Below are positions 29,398 to 39,557 of a DNA stretch of 64,000 nt, piece after piece. Source of the stretch: Candidatus Borrarchaeum weybense (GTDB lineage Archaea; Asgardarchaeota; Sifarchaeia; Borrarchaeales; Borrarchaeaceae); contig JAHQJS010000006.1 in the NCBI GenBank assembly GCA_019057385.1, forward strand, positions 773,038 through 837,037, given 5' to 3'. Position 1 is the first letter of the stretch. Each line of letters opens with the position of its first letter. Under the pieces are notes generated by a model. The model was given only the letters and a program-made list of their open reading frames with translations. It ran no database searches and was not told the DNA's origin. The position numbers and the translations under genes were made by a program.

Positions 29398-29700
29398 TCT
29401 ATATGCAAATACCCGTGTTTCTTTTTATCTAAAAAAACTCTGGACAATCATATACACGTTCAAGTTTTTTAGAAGCTAATGCTTTGCAGTTTTATAAAAA
29501 AAGATTTCACAAACCTTATTCAGCGTAGCAATCCTGCTCGCTAGATAACGTCGTTTTCGACAAAAAGGTATTACTCTGTTATAGCTTTTTGTATCACGCA
29601 TCGGTGTTTAAATCAGCGCGCGCGATTGTATTGACATAATGCTGTCTATAGCTCTATAGAGTAATCAAGAGCTATATAATAAAGTGGACATTTTTCTTGC

Positions 29701-29717
29701 AAAAAAAGGCTTAAATA
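29701..29717 (+). promoter_or_regulatory. Putative archaeal BRE/TATA promoter for the ncRNA candidate
   Basis: AAAAAAAGGC-TTAAATA about 25 nt upstream of the terminal stem. Confidence 0.5.
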
Positions 29718-29738
29718 GTTTTAACTATAAGGTATGGA

Positions 29739-30026
29739 TGGCAACTTGTGATCGGTAAAGAACCTTAGACGGAAAGAAAAACTGACACAAAGAAACATGG
29801 TGAAGAATCGGCCCTGAACTATGAAGTAAGTGTGTACGGCCGGACAGGATTCTGGAAAGATAAGGGGAAGATCGAGAATGAGCCTTAGAGGAAAAATCAA
29901 ACTAAGGTGAAGTGTAAGCCGTAGCACGAAAGTGAAACGGTTGTCGACTGAGAGGTCGAAAGCACGCGCGACGTAAAAATCGCGTAACCTGGAGCGAGGA
30001 AACCAAAAAGGCACAGCGGGTTGCCA
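29739..30026 (+). ncRNA. Unassigned structured ncRNA candidate (~288 nt)
   Basis: 5' TGGCAACTTG pairs with 3' CGGGTTGCCA; internal GNRA hairpins; TATA upstream and T-tract downstream; no plausible sense ORF. Confidence 0.6.
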
Positions 30027-30081
30027 CTTTTCTTTTGGGATGTTTTTTTAACATCCTTTTTTTTTGAAAACAGCTAAATAG

Positions 30082-31077
30082 TCAAGTTAAGATGTCGCTG
30101 ATGATAAGCGAGCAGCAGAGTTCTTTATGAATTATTTTAAGGTCAAGTGACTGTGCTTCTTCTACACCCGCATCGGTGATATAAGCAATTCCGTTTATTC
30201 CAGCTCGAATTGCGAGAATGTCAGTTTCTTCCTTGTGATATCCCTTTGGTCTGGCACAGCCTAACATAACTGGCTTATCCTGAAAAGTCAAACGTGCTAT
30301 AGTGATAATTTTGGCAATGGTTTCAGGTGATGGTGGCGTGACATTCTCCATTGGTGTTCCTTCTAGGGGCATTAATGCAACTATCACAATGGCATCAGGG
30401 TCATATTTAGACAGCATTTCTAATGCATTGATTTCTCCGTCTAGAGTGCCGTAATTGAGACCAACGACGACATGTGGTACAATTGGAATGTTAAATTCCT
30501 TAAGAAGTCTAATAGATTCTTCATATTTCTCGGGTGTTGCGTTTATATGGTAAACTGTTTCAATTGTGTCTTGACTGGCGATCACATCAAGCATAGCGGC
30601 ATCAATATGTGAATCTGCAAGAATTTTCGCGGTTTCCTTGTCGATAAGTCCTGTATGAACAACGACTTTTAATCCAAAACGTTCTTTTATAACTTTTAGA
30701 GCATTTGTATACTTTAAAAGAGGGACAAATCCGTGTTTATTTGCGCCTCCACTAATTAAAACACCCTTAGAACCCTTTTTGCTAAGTTCTTCACATAATT
30801 GAACTAATTCATCAGGAGAGCGTGCGGGTTTCATTGATTCTAGAATTTTAGACTGACAGTGATCGCAATTAAGAGCACATGCAGTTCCTGTAATACTTAT
30901 AGGCACAAAGGCGTTCGGAGATTCCTGCTTAAAACTTTCAATCTCATAATGAACTATGTTGGGAGCATAATTCCATAACAGGTTTCCAAAGTTTTTTCTA
31001 CGAAGATTAAAAGCATTTTCCATGTATTTTTTAAGTTCTGAGGAACTAGAGTTCAGAATCATCTTTGCTTGCGACAT
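30082..31077 (-). CDS. lipS1: Radical SAM lipoyl synthase subunit LipS1
   Basis: CALNCDHC (CxxxCxxC), GCAR and C-terminal CC motifs characteristic of LipS1. Confidence 0.8.
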   Translation of the reverse strand: MSQAKMILNSSSSELKKYMENAFNLRRKNFGNLLWNYAPNIVHYEIESFKQESPNAFVPISITGTACALNCDHCQSKILESMKPARSPDELVQLCEELSKKGSKGVLISGGANKHGFVPLLKYTNALKVIKERFGLKVVVHTGLIDKETAKILADSHIDAAMLDVIASQDTIETVYHINATPEKYEESIRLLKEFNIPIVPHVVVGLNYGTLDGEINALEMLSKYDPDAIVIVALMPLEGTPMENVTPPSPETIAKIITIARLTFQDKPVMLGCARPKGYHKEETDILAIRAGINGIAYITDAGVEEAQSLDLKIIHKELCCSLIISDILT

Positions 31078-31191
31078 TGAAAACAGTGATTTAGAAGTGA
31101 TAGGCGCACATCCTCTTGTTTTAAAAAACTGAATGAGTTCGGGAATTATGATATCGGGATCGAATAAAACTATTTCCTTATATCAAATGAA

Positions 31192-31238
31192 GTGAACTAC
31201 CTCACGCTGAAGCTGTGGTGCTTTCTTGCTTAGTTATC
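31192..31238 (-). mobile_element. Minimal palindrome-associated element (PATE) related to the tnpB ends
   Basis: GTGAACTACCTCACGCTGAAGCTGTG nearly identical to 21322-21347; followed by GTAAG like the tnpB left end. Confidence 0.7.
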
Positions 31239-31432
31239 GTAAGTGGGTTATAAGAGAATCAAAGTATATTTCTCCTTAAATCGGCTATAGACTAATTATT
31301 GCTCTTTATTCAGTTTCAACAATCATTTTATTAGAAGAGAATAACTTTAGTGTCAAGGCTGATGATTGTCTTTTTACCGATATACATTCTATTTTTTGTA
31401 TTAAAAGAAGCAAAGTATCTAGTTAGAACTAA

Positions 31433-32743
31433 ATGGAGGTAAAATCCATGAAAGAAGTAAAGATTCAGTTACCGGTTAAAGATCTTCCAAAAAGCTGGTA
31501 TAATATTATACCTGATCTTCCACAACCGCTTCCACCACCTAAAGAACCTGAAACAGGACCTTCTCGACTTGAATTTCTCTCTAAAGTCATTGTTAAAGAA
31601 TGTTTAAAACAAGAGTTTTCAGATCAAAGCTGGGTACCAATACCTGAGGAATTAAGAGAGTTATATATACAGGCAGGTAGACCAAGACCACTACGTCGAG
31701 CTAAAAGACTTGAAAAATTACTGAAAACTCCAGCACATCTTTATTGGAAGAGGGAAGATTTATCACCAACAGGAAGTCACAAAGTCAACACTGCACTAGC
31801 CCAGTTATATTATGCAGTACAAGAAGGTGTAGAAGGAGTAGTTACTGAAACTGGTGCTGGGCAATGGGGTACTGCATTGTCCTATGGTGCAAGTTTGATG
31901 GAATTACCATGTGTAGTTTTTTGGGTACGTAACGTGCATGATTGGAAGGTCGATCGAAGAACTCTAATGAAAATGTATGGCGGTGAGGTTCATCCTTCGC
32001 CAAATCAGTTAACTGAAGTCGGCAGAACTATTCTCAAAGAAAATCCAGATCATCCAGGGTCGTTGGGTATCGCAATTTCCGAGGGGTTAGAATATGCTGA
32101 AAAACATGATGGATATGCGTATTCTCTGGGAAGCGTGCTAAATCACGTACTGATGCATCAAACAATAATCGGTCTCGAAACAATCGAACAATTCAACATA
32201 GTAGATGAACAACCAGATCTGCTAATAGGCTGCTTCGGAGGTGGATCGAATTTCGGTGGTTTCACATTACCTTTCATTGGGGAAGTATTAAACGGTAAAC
32301 GAGAATGTGAATTTCTTGCATCTCAGTCTTTGGCAGCACCAAACATAAGTCAGGGTGAATACCGCTATGATTTTGCAGATCACGCAGGAAAAACACCTTT
32401 GTTGAAAATGTACACCTTAGGTCACGATTCAAATATGCCACCAATATTCGGAGACGGTCTCCGATACTCTGGAGCATCACCAATTCTAAGCCTATTGAGA
32501 AATCTAGGACATATTAAAACAAGAACCTACCCTGTAGACGAGAAAGACGTATTCGAGGCTACACGGACATTCCTTCAAACAGAAGGATTTTTACCTGCAC
32601 CAGAATCCTCTTATGCTATCAGAGCCATGATTGATGAAGCGATAGAGTGTAAGAAAACCGGCGAGGAAAAAACCATCGCCTGTAATGTCTCAGGGCATGG
32701 ATTTCTTGACATCTTTGGCTATAAAAGTGTGTTAAACCTGTAA
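31433..32743 (+). CDS. trpB2: TrpB2-type tryptophan synthase beta-like PLP enzyme
   Basis: WYNI.PDLP, SPTGSHKVN, TETGAGQWG, GSLGIAISE, PAPESS, SGHG. Confidence 0.92.
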   Translation: MEVKSMKEVKIQLPVKDLPKSWYNIIPDLPQPLPPPKEPETGPSRLEFLSKVIVKECLKQEFSDQSWVPIPEELRELYIQAGRPRPLRRAKRLEKLLKTPAHLYWKREDLSPTGSHKVNTALAQLYYAVQEGVEGVVTETGAGQWGTALSYGASLMELPCVVFWVRNVHDWKVDRRTLMKMYGGEVHPSPNQLTEVGRTILKENPDHPGSLGIAISEGLEYAEKHDGYAYSLGSVLNHVLMHQTIIGLETIEQFNIVDEQPDLLIGCFGGGSNFGGFTLPFIGEVLNGKRECEFLASQSLAAPNISQGEYRYDFADHAGKTPLLKMYTLGHDSNMPPIFGDGLRYSGASPILSLLRNLGHIKTRTYPVDEKDVFEATRTFLQTEGFLPAPESSYAIRAMIDEAIECKKTGEEKTIACNVSGHGFLDIFGYKSVLNL

Positions 32744-32989
32744 ATAAGTAGAACGGTTTTAATTACAAAACACTTTTTCTTTTTCTATAGAATTCGCAAT
32801 TCAAGACTTGCAAATCAATTCTGTTTTTCTTCAGTTTTTTCATATTCTGATTTGATTCAAATTAATACAACGTATTCTAAGTTGCGAATTTTACCGACAT
32901 AAATTTTTCTGTCTTGAGAAGTTTTCTAGCCTGATAAAGTTTAAGAATACACAGCACATATATGTTACGCAACGTGGGAGAACTCGAAA

Positions 32990-33151
32990 ATGAGTCAAAC
33001 GGACAATAAGATCCGATTATCTACTAAATATAAGCAAGCGATCGAAGAACCAACAAAAGTAAAAAGAGCAAAAGAAATTATTGGATATTTAAATTTATTA
33101 GTAGATGAAGCAAGAAAGATGAGAAAGGACAAAGATCTCGCTTATAAATAA
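32990..33151 (+). CDS. Small basic hypothetical protein (53 aa, not in ORF track)
   Basis: MSQTDNKIRLSTKYKQAIEE...KDLAYK; GGGAG RBS. Confidence 0.45.
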   Translation: MSQTDNKIRLSTKYKQAIEEPTKVKRAKEIIGYLNLLVDEARKMRKDKDLAYK

Positions 33152-33183
33152 TAGAAATTAGTTTTGAAAAGTATTACAGTGAG

Positions 33184-34332
33184 CTAGTTATCATCAGATA
33201 CAAGTTCTGCATCTGATGAATGCAATGAAACACGATCTGAAAAATCACTCAGTTGATGTTGTATACGTTCTAGTTCTTTTTCATTTGGTGAATAGGGGAA
33301 ATTTCTACATTCGCCAATATATGCTTGATAAGGTGTAGAATTCGCATAAGGTCTAGTACATGCAACGCGTAGAGTAGAACCTGGGCAACCGCTTGTCATA
33401 AATGGTATGCCTGTTTTGACTATTTCTTTTAGAAATTGTTCTGGGATTCCAAAATCGATAAGTCCTCCCTCATTATCAAATTTCATGTTTTCGACACGTG
33501 CTTTCTTCTCTTCAATAAGAAATCTTGCTAATTGCATTCTTCGATACTGTCCGATTGGGGGTTGCTCTCTATTTTCTAAAGGAGAACCAGGTTCTGGGAA
33601 AAATGAGAAAAGATGTATGAGAACTTCACGATCCGCGGCTTGTTGAAATATTTTTGCCATTTCTTCTTCTGTTTCCCCGAGTCCTACGATTAAGTGTATC
33701 CCAACATTTTTACTTTCAAAAACCTGGAGTCCCTCTTGAATAATCTTCCAATATGTTTCCCAACGATGTGGTCCTCGTATATCTTTCCCTCTAAATTTAT
33801 CAAATAATTCGGGAGTGGCGGCGTCGATAGCGATACCTAACTTATCAACGCCCGCATTTTTCAAGGCTATAAGCCAGTCCTTATTAACGATAGTAGGCGT
33901 GATTAATCCAGAAACTAATAACCCTGTTTCATTTTTGATTCTTTTTGCGATGATGATAGTATCTTGGAGGGCTCTTTTATTTGTGAGCATTGAAATACAA
34001 ACGCGTTCTACGTGAGAGTATTTCTCTTTCGAATTTAATTTCTGTATTATTGTATTAAGGTCGTGGGTTGGCCATTCAACTCTGATAAAAGATTTATCTT
34101 TATGAAGTTCGCTTTCACATTCTCTTACGAAACTTAAACCACAGTAAGCACATCGCGCAAAGCAGCCTTCTTCGTAGGTCAATAAAAGGTTCACACACGG
34201 TAATGTAGCGTCTTTATAAAATGATCCTGATTTTAGACCAAGTGTCATCGCTGCGGCAAGGCTCATTTGAAGATATTCAGGTGATTCTTTTGATACTGTG
34301 TCTTCAATCTCTTGAGATGCTGCTTTGTCCAT
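33184..34332 (-). CDS. lipS2: Radical SAM lipoyl synthase subunit LipS2
   Basis: CFARCAYC; TSGCPG...CTRP variant of the TxGCPxC(N/D)RP motif. Confidence 0.8.
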   Translation of the reverse strand: MDKAASQEIEDTVSKESPEYLQMSLAAAMTLGLKSGSFYKDATLPCVNLLLTYEEGCFARCAYCGLSFVRECESELHKDKSFIRVEWPTHDLNTIIQKLNSKEKYSHVERVCISMLTNKRALQDTIIIAKRIKNETGLLVSGLITPTIVNKDWLIALKNAGVDKLGIAIDAATPELFDKFRGKDIRGPHRWETYWKIIQEGLQVFESKNVGIHLIVGLGETEEEMAKIFQQAADREVLIHLFSFFPEPGSPLENREQPPIGQYRRMQLARFLIEEKKARVENMKFDNEGGLIDFGIPEQFLKEIVKTGIPFMTSGCPGSTLRVACTRPYANSTPYQAYIGECRNFPYSPNEKELERIQHQLSDFSDRVSLHSSDAELVSDDN

Positions 34333-34500
34333 AATAAAGCCCTCTTTGAAAGTACTTCACTAGATATTTCAGTTTCATTAAGAATATATGCAGACATAAA
34401 AAAGTTTATCATAACTACATATCAGACAAATCCTTAAGAGGCTATGCGCTAAGACATACAAAATTTCACACATTTCATAGCAGAACAGCGAGGTAAGAAC

Positions 34501-36072
34501 ATGGATACAGGTGAAAACAGCAGATTTTGGCGTCTATTGGATACAGGTGTACTTACTGGTGCTGAAAACATGGCTCTAGACGCAATATTACTTCAAGAGC
34601 GAAATGGAGTTAATAGCTCCAATATCTTCAGATTTTTACAGTTTTCACCTCCCGTAGTTTTGATTGGATATCACCAAACCGTGGCTCACGAGGTCAGAGT
34701 AAATTACTGTAACTCAAAGGGCATTGATATTAATCGTCGAATTACAGGTGGTGGCGCTATTTTTTTTGATGAATCTCAAGTAGGTTGGGAATTAGTTTTC
34801 AATAGCGAGGATTTAGACGTAGGAAGAAATCTTGAGGATATAACAAAAAAAGTCTGTGAAGGGGCAGTCAGAGGTCTTCAAAAATTAGGTCTAAAGGCGG
34901 AATTTAGACCTAGGAATGATATTGAGGTTAACGGCAAGAAGATATCTGGAACAGGGGGAGTTTTTGAGGATAATGCTTGTCTTTACCAAGGAACTTTGTT
35001 AGTTGACACTGATATGGAAATGATGCTTAAAGCATTGAGGATCCCTATAGAAAAACTAACTAAACGAGGAATTGAATCTGCTAGAGATCGTGTAACCTGT
35101 CTTAAGGAAGAGTTAGGAACTATCCCACCTCTTGAAAAAATTAAAACGGCTTTGCTACAAGGTTTTTCTGAAGAACTTGGTATACAATTCAGACCTGACT
35201 CGCTTACTTCTCATGAACGATCTTTGCTTCAAAGTGAACTTGTTGAAAAAAGATCTGATGACTGGAAAAACCTGATAGTTGAACCTAAAAACTACAGTCA
35301 AATGTTACGATCAATATACAAAGTAGACGGAGGTCTATTAAGGCTAAATCTTCATGTTGATGCAAAAATGCGTTATATTAAGCAAGTTTTAATAACAGGA
35401 GACTTCTTCGTTGATCCAGCGAGGACGGTTTATGACTTAGAAGCTTGTCTTAAAAACACACCAATTGCAGATCTAAAGGAGAATCTCCACGAATTTTTTG
35501 TAGAAAAAAAGCCGAGATTTTTAGGTTTATCTGAAGATGACATCTATCAAGCAATCAACGAGGCACTTGAGAAACTAGAATATGTTGGTCTTAGCATAGA
35601 TGAGGCCAATTCAATATTTGTCGTTAATGATTCATTTAGAAATCTATTGAAAAATAATACGGTTTTACTTCTGCCGTATTGTGCTAAGCTTCCAGATTGC
35701 GAGTTTAGAAACGAAGACTATTGTGCAAGATGTGGAGGCTGCAGCATAGGTGAAGCTTACGATATTGGTCAAGAAAAGAATCTGCGAGTTATAAGTATCT
35801 GCAGTTTTGAGCATCTTGTTGAGACCTTTAAACAGCTCCAAAGTGAAGGTATTCAGTCATATATAGGTTGTTGTTGCGAAGCGTTTTTCGAAAAACGGCA
35901 GAAAGCATTTCGAGAATCTGGGCTCGGCGGTTTACTAATTGATATCGATTCATCCACGTGCTATGAACTCGGTAAAGAGAAAGAAGCGTATGAGGGCGTA
36001 TTTGGTCATCAAACAGACCTAAAACTTGATCTATTAAAAAAAATCATTGAAAACGTTAGAGTTCGCTCATAA
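34501..36072 (+). CDS. lplA: Lipoate-protein ligase (catalytic + C-terminal domain) fused to Cys-rich DUF116-like domain
   Basis: NMALD, RRITGGGAIF, NDI..NGKKISG, ITGDFF; C-terminal LLLPYC..C..C..CGGC...CCC...C. Confidence 0.85.
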   Translation: MDTGENSRFWRLLDTGVLTGAENMALDAILLQERNGVNSSNIFRFLQFSPPVVLIGYHQTVAHEVRVNYCNSKGIDINRRITGGGAIFFDESQVGWELVFNSEDLDVGRNLEDITKKVCEGAVRGLQKLGLKAEFRPRNDIEVNGKKISGTGGVFEDNACLYQGTLLVDTDMEMMLKALRIPIEKLTKRGIESARDRVTCLKEELGTIPPLEKIKTALLQGFSEELGIQFRPDSLTSHERSLLQSELVEKRSDDWKNLIVEPKNYSQMLRSIYKVDGGLLRLNLHVDAKMRYIKQVLITGDFFVDPARTVYDLEACLKNTPIADLKENLHEFFVEKKPRFLGLSEDDIYQAINEALEKLEYVGLSIDEANSIFVVNDSFRNLLKNNTVLLLPYCAKLPDCEFRNEDYCARCGGCSIGEAYDIGQEKNLRVISICSFEHLVETFKQLQSEGIQSYIGCCCEAFFEKRQKAFRESGLGGLLIDIDSSTCYELGKEKEAYEGVFGHQTDLKLDLLKKIIENVRVRS

Positions 36073-37136
36073 TGGCAATTCCAACAGAATGTGAAGTATT
36101 AGTAATTGGCGCTGGACCCGCTGGAAGCACTACTGCCAGTAATATTGCAAAAGACGGAGTAGATGTTGTTCTTATTGATAAAAGAAAAGAGTTGGGCGTG
36201 CCAGTGCAATGTGCTGAACACATACCTTTTCAAGTTGCTTATTTTACTGATTCAAAAAAGGAAATAATTGCACAGAAAATTAACTACATGCATACAGTTA
36301 TGCCAAACGGTGATGTAACCATTACTGAATCCAAAGGATATATTATTCACAGGGATTTGTTTGATAAGCACTTAGCTGAGAAAGCGAGGAAACTGGGGGT
36401 ATATATTTTTCCTAATACAGAAGCGTTAGGCTTCCATAGAGACAAAGTCAAAATACGTGAAGGAAAACAGGAACAAATTATTTCTCCAAGAATAATTGTA
36501 GATGCGAGTGGTCCAAAATCTGCGATGGGAAAAACTCTTGGAATATATAACACCACATATATTTATGCAAATCAATTTTTAATGCCACTGAGAGAAAAAA
36601 GGGACTTTACAGAGGTTTATTTTCGAAAGTACATACCTGGAGGCTATGGTTGGGTATTTCCAAAAGATGATGTATGTAACGTTGGAGTTGGTGTAAGTCT
36701 TAAGTTTGGAATACCACCACGAGAGGCATTAAAGAATTTTGTTAAAGAACTGGTAAAACAAGAGATAATCCTTGATCAAAGATTAGCTATAGTCGCTGGA
36801 ATAATCCCTGCAGGAGGAATGCTACCTCTTCAAAAGGAAAATATTCTATTTGTTGGAGATGCAGCCGGACAATGTCACTCAATAACTGGTGCCGGTGTAC
36901 CATTTGCTCTGCTTTGTGGACAACTTGCTGGAAAATATGTTGTGGAAGCGGTTCAAGAAGAAGATTTAGAAATTTTAAAAGATTATGAAGAGGAATGTAT
37001 TGACTCTTTTGGCGATTCACTCATGCATGCAGTAGAAAAAAGAAAATTCTTTGAATCATACTGGAATAATCCCCAGCATGATTTCAATGAAATGGTAAAA
37101 AAAACGTGGGTTGTCTTCGAAGATTATTATAGTTGA
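36072..37136 (+). CDS. Geranylgeranyl reductase-family FAD oxidoreductase (LipT-like by context)
   Basis: GAGPAG, PVQCAE, GYGWVFPK, VGDAAG..TGAG; overlaps the lplA stop by 1 nt. Confidence 0.8.
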   Translation: MAIPTECEVLVIGAGPAGSTTASNIAKDGVDVVLIDKRKELGVPVQCAEHIPFQVAYFTDSKKEIIAQKINYMHTVMPNGDVTITESKGYIIHRDLFDKHLAEKARKLGVYIFPNTEALGFHRDKVKIREGKQEQIISPRIIVDASGPKSAMGKTLGIYNTTYIYANQFLMPLREKRDFTEVYFRKYIPGGYGWVFPKDDVCNVGVGVSLKFGIPPREALKNFVKELVKQEIILDQRLAIVAGIIPAGGMLPLQKENILFVGDAAGQCHSITGAGVPFALLCGQLAGKYVVEAVQEEDLEILKDYEEECIDSFGDSLMHAVEKRKFFESYWNNPQHDFNEMVKKTWVVFEDYYS

Positions 37137-37139
37137 ATG

Positions 37140-37304
37140 TTATTCTGAAAGTTTGTCGAACATATTTTTTCCCACAAAGCAAACTGGACAGAGCCAGTCA
37201 TCAGGAATGTCTTTAAAAAGAGTACCAGGATCAATTCCGTTGTCGGGGTCACCCTTTTCTTCGTCATAAACATAATCACATGCTAAGCAAGCCCATTTAG
37301 CCAT
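37140..37304 (-). CDS. Rubredoxin
   Basis: CLACDYVYD...[19 protein letters not shown]; GGAGG RBS. Confidence 0.95.
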   Translation of the reverse strand: MAKWACLACDYVYDEEKGDPDNGIDPGTLFKDIPDDWLCPVCFVGKNMFDKLSE

Positions 37305-37560
37305 TATATTACCTCCGTACTTGGATGGTATCTTCATTTTTTCGCTTTTATATTTCGAATGGATTTTCGCTTAAAAAATTTGAGGATAGTTCATAGCTAA
37401 TTCTTTACATATCATTTGCATTGAACTAAACTACATATATAGAAGACTAATGCGGATGAATTCACTAGAAATTATAAAATCTGTTTTTGAGTCTATTACT
37501 TGTGAAATGATACTTAGGCTTTCTAGCACTGTCGTGCATTTAGAAAGGAGTTAAACGTCA

Positions 37561-38355
37561 TTGATCCATAATATATTCCTAATTAAGGATGGCAACTGTA
37601 TTTATAGCTATAGAACTGGAACTAAAAAGAGTTTAGACTCAAATCTAGTGAATGGGCTATTAGAAGCCATATTCGGCATGGGGGAAGTGTTCTTCCAAAA
37701 GAGAATTAATAAGATCATGTTCCAAGAAATTCGTACAATATTTCGAGCCTTAAGTAAGAAACTAATTCTCGGAGTTATTGAGGATATAGATACAGATAAT
37801 GAAGTTGTTGAGGTGTTACTTAAGAAACTCTCAGAAGCTCTTCGTCAAGTCATTTTAATTCTTGAATATGATGGAATTAATCATTTGACAATGACACAAA
37901 TGCCCTCCCTAAAAGATGAACTGGAATATACCCTTCGGAGAACCCTTCTTAAAATTCCCTGTCCATTTTTGAAAAAAAGATGGTTTAGAAAAAGATGTAC
38001 CTTTGTTGATAAACCTCTTAAACGTTCATGTATCTTTTGTAATTTATACGAAATCAAGAATTGTCCATACTTGCAAAATGACCAGTTATGGCAATTTTAT
38101 AGAACTCCTTTTCAATTTAATAATGGTGTTCAGTTAGAAGAATCGGTGAAACAATTAGGAAGATGGAAAAAAACCGAAAAATTCAGCCTCCATATTCTCG
38201 AAACAAATAATGGAACCAATGCTATGGATCTTAGATCGAAACTAAAAGCATATGAAATTTTTGTCTCTCCTAGAAAAGCGCTCGAAATAATGTCTAAGTT
38301 AGAGGAAAAAGGGTTGTTATTGCGAGATTCGCCACCTATTCACGAATATCACTAG
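37561..38355 (+). CDS. Longin-like domain protein with Cys-rich middle and C-terminal wHTH-like region
   Basis: IHNIFLI..G.CIY...LDSNLVNGLLEAI pattern typical of Asgard longin-like domains; five Cys; LEEKGLL helix. Confidence 0.55.
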   Translation: MIHNIFLIKDGNCIYSYRTGTKKSLDSNLVNGLLEAIFGMGEVFFQKRINKIMFQEIRTIFRALSKKLILGVIEDIDTDNEVVEVLLKKLSEALRQVILILEYDGINHLTMTQMPSLKDELEYTLRRTLLKIPCPFLKKRWFRKRCTFVDKPLKRSCIFCNLYEIKNCPYLQNDQLWQFYRTPFQFNNGVQLEESVKQLGRWKKTEKFSLHILETNNGTNAMDLRSKLKAYEIFVSPRKALEIMSKLEEKGLLLRDSPPIHEYH

Positions 38356-38501
38356 TATTTTTTATTTAGTAACTAAGTCTTCTTAACTGATTCTCCAGCT
38401 AAATAGTCAATGTTTTAAGCCATTCTAACTGTTGATTCAGTTTTGTTCGTGTTTGAGTTTCTTTCTCATCGAATTCCAATTAAAAGAGTCTCAAAATGAT
38501 T

Positions 38502-38834
38502 TCATAGTTCTTTGAGATCTGAGAGTTCGTATGCGCTACCTTCGATGCAGTAGTACTTCCAGCGGAGATTCATCATCTTTGTGAGGGGGCATTGGTCACA
38601 AAGACAACCCTTTTGCTCTTGTATCCTGTCACTTTTGCCGATGGTACAAAAGACGAGTTGGTATTCTTCAGTCTCCGCGTAACTGGGACATTTCCCGCAC
38701 ATACACATATAGGCTACTTGCTCGGCGTTCTGTTTCGCTAACTCAGGTGTCCATGTTCCTTTTGTAAGTGCTTTATATTTTTCTTCAAAGGTAGTTGCTT
38801 TATAGTACTCTTCGTCTGCCATTTTATACACCAA
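38502..38834 (-). CDS. DUF2769-like Cys-rich protein
   Basis: CMCGKCPSY, FC..GKS, GCLC..CP, YYC..G. Confidence 0.75.
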   Translation of the reverse strand: MVYKMADEEYYKATTFEEKYKALTKGTWTPELAKQNAEQVAYMCMCGKCPSYAETEEYQLVFCTIGKSDRIQEQKGCLCDQCPLTKMMNLRWKYYCIEGSAYELSDLKEL

Positions 38835-39218
38835 AATCTAAAGTGATTCTTAAACTCTATCCATTTTTAAGTATATCAGATTTTGATAAAAAGGAATCAT
38901 AGTTTTTCTTGAGTCTTTTCTCATTTTAACTTCCCACAGTTTTTTAAGCATTAAGATAAACTTCAATAGAGAAATCAATTCATTATTGACTGATCATTAG
39001 AATTTGATTGTTTTAATGACCTGATATCTCCTTATATCAAAACCTGAATCCGTTTCTTATATTTTTTTTTGCATTAAAAATAGCTGAATATAGAAAAAAT
39101 GGTTAGGCCAAAAAGCTGTCATTTTAGTCAAATTAATATGTACCTTGGTGTAAAACATAACGATATATTTGATAAAATAAATTCAAGGCGTCAACTTAGA
39201 ATCAAATAGAAAAAGCTG

Positions 39219-39557
39219 GTGACACATTTGATTATAAAGAAGATAGAGGAGAATTTGGGAAAGAAGGATGGGACACATAGATTAGTTGGCTTATGGGATT
39301 CAATTCTCCTAGAAGGTCAGGGGACAATACCACATTACCATGAAAATATGGAAGAGATCTATTATATTATCTCTGGGCAGGCACTTATGACCATCAATGG
39401 AGATACTGAGTTAGTCGATGAGGAAGATATAATCTACATAGCGCCCAGAAAGAATCATAGTATTCGACAAACAGGCGACCTACCACTACGCTATATCACA
39501 GTCTCGATTGATATCAGAAAAAATCCGCGTATACCATCACAAAGTCACTATATTTAA
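39219..39557 (+). CDS. Cupin domain protein
   Basis: PHYH...EEIYYIISG, P...HSI. Confidence 0.85.
   Translation: MTHLIIKKIEENLGKKDGTHRLVGLWDSILLEGQGTIPHYHENMEEIYYIISGQALMTINGDTELVDEEDIIYIAPRKNHSIRQTGDLPLRYITVSIDIRKNPRIPSQSHYI

Noticed and set aside
29739-30026. Assignment as RNase P or SRP RNA
   Set aside because: GTGAAACGG and CAGG...GGAA fragments are present, but the P4 pairing and the SRP helix 5/8 architecture were not found by eye; left unassigned.
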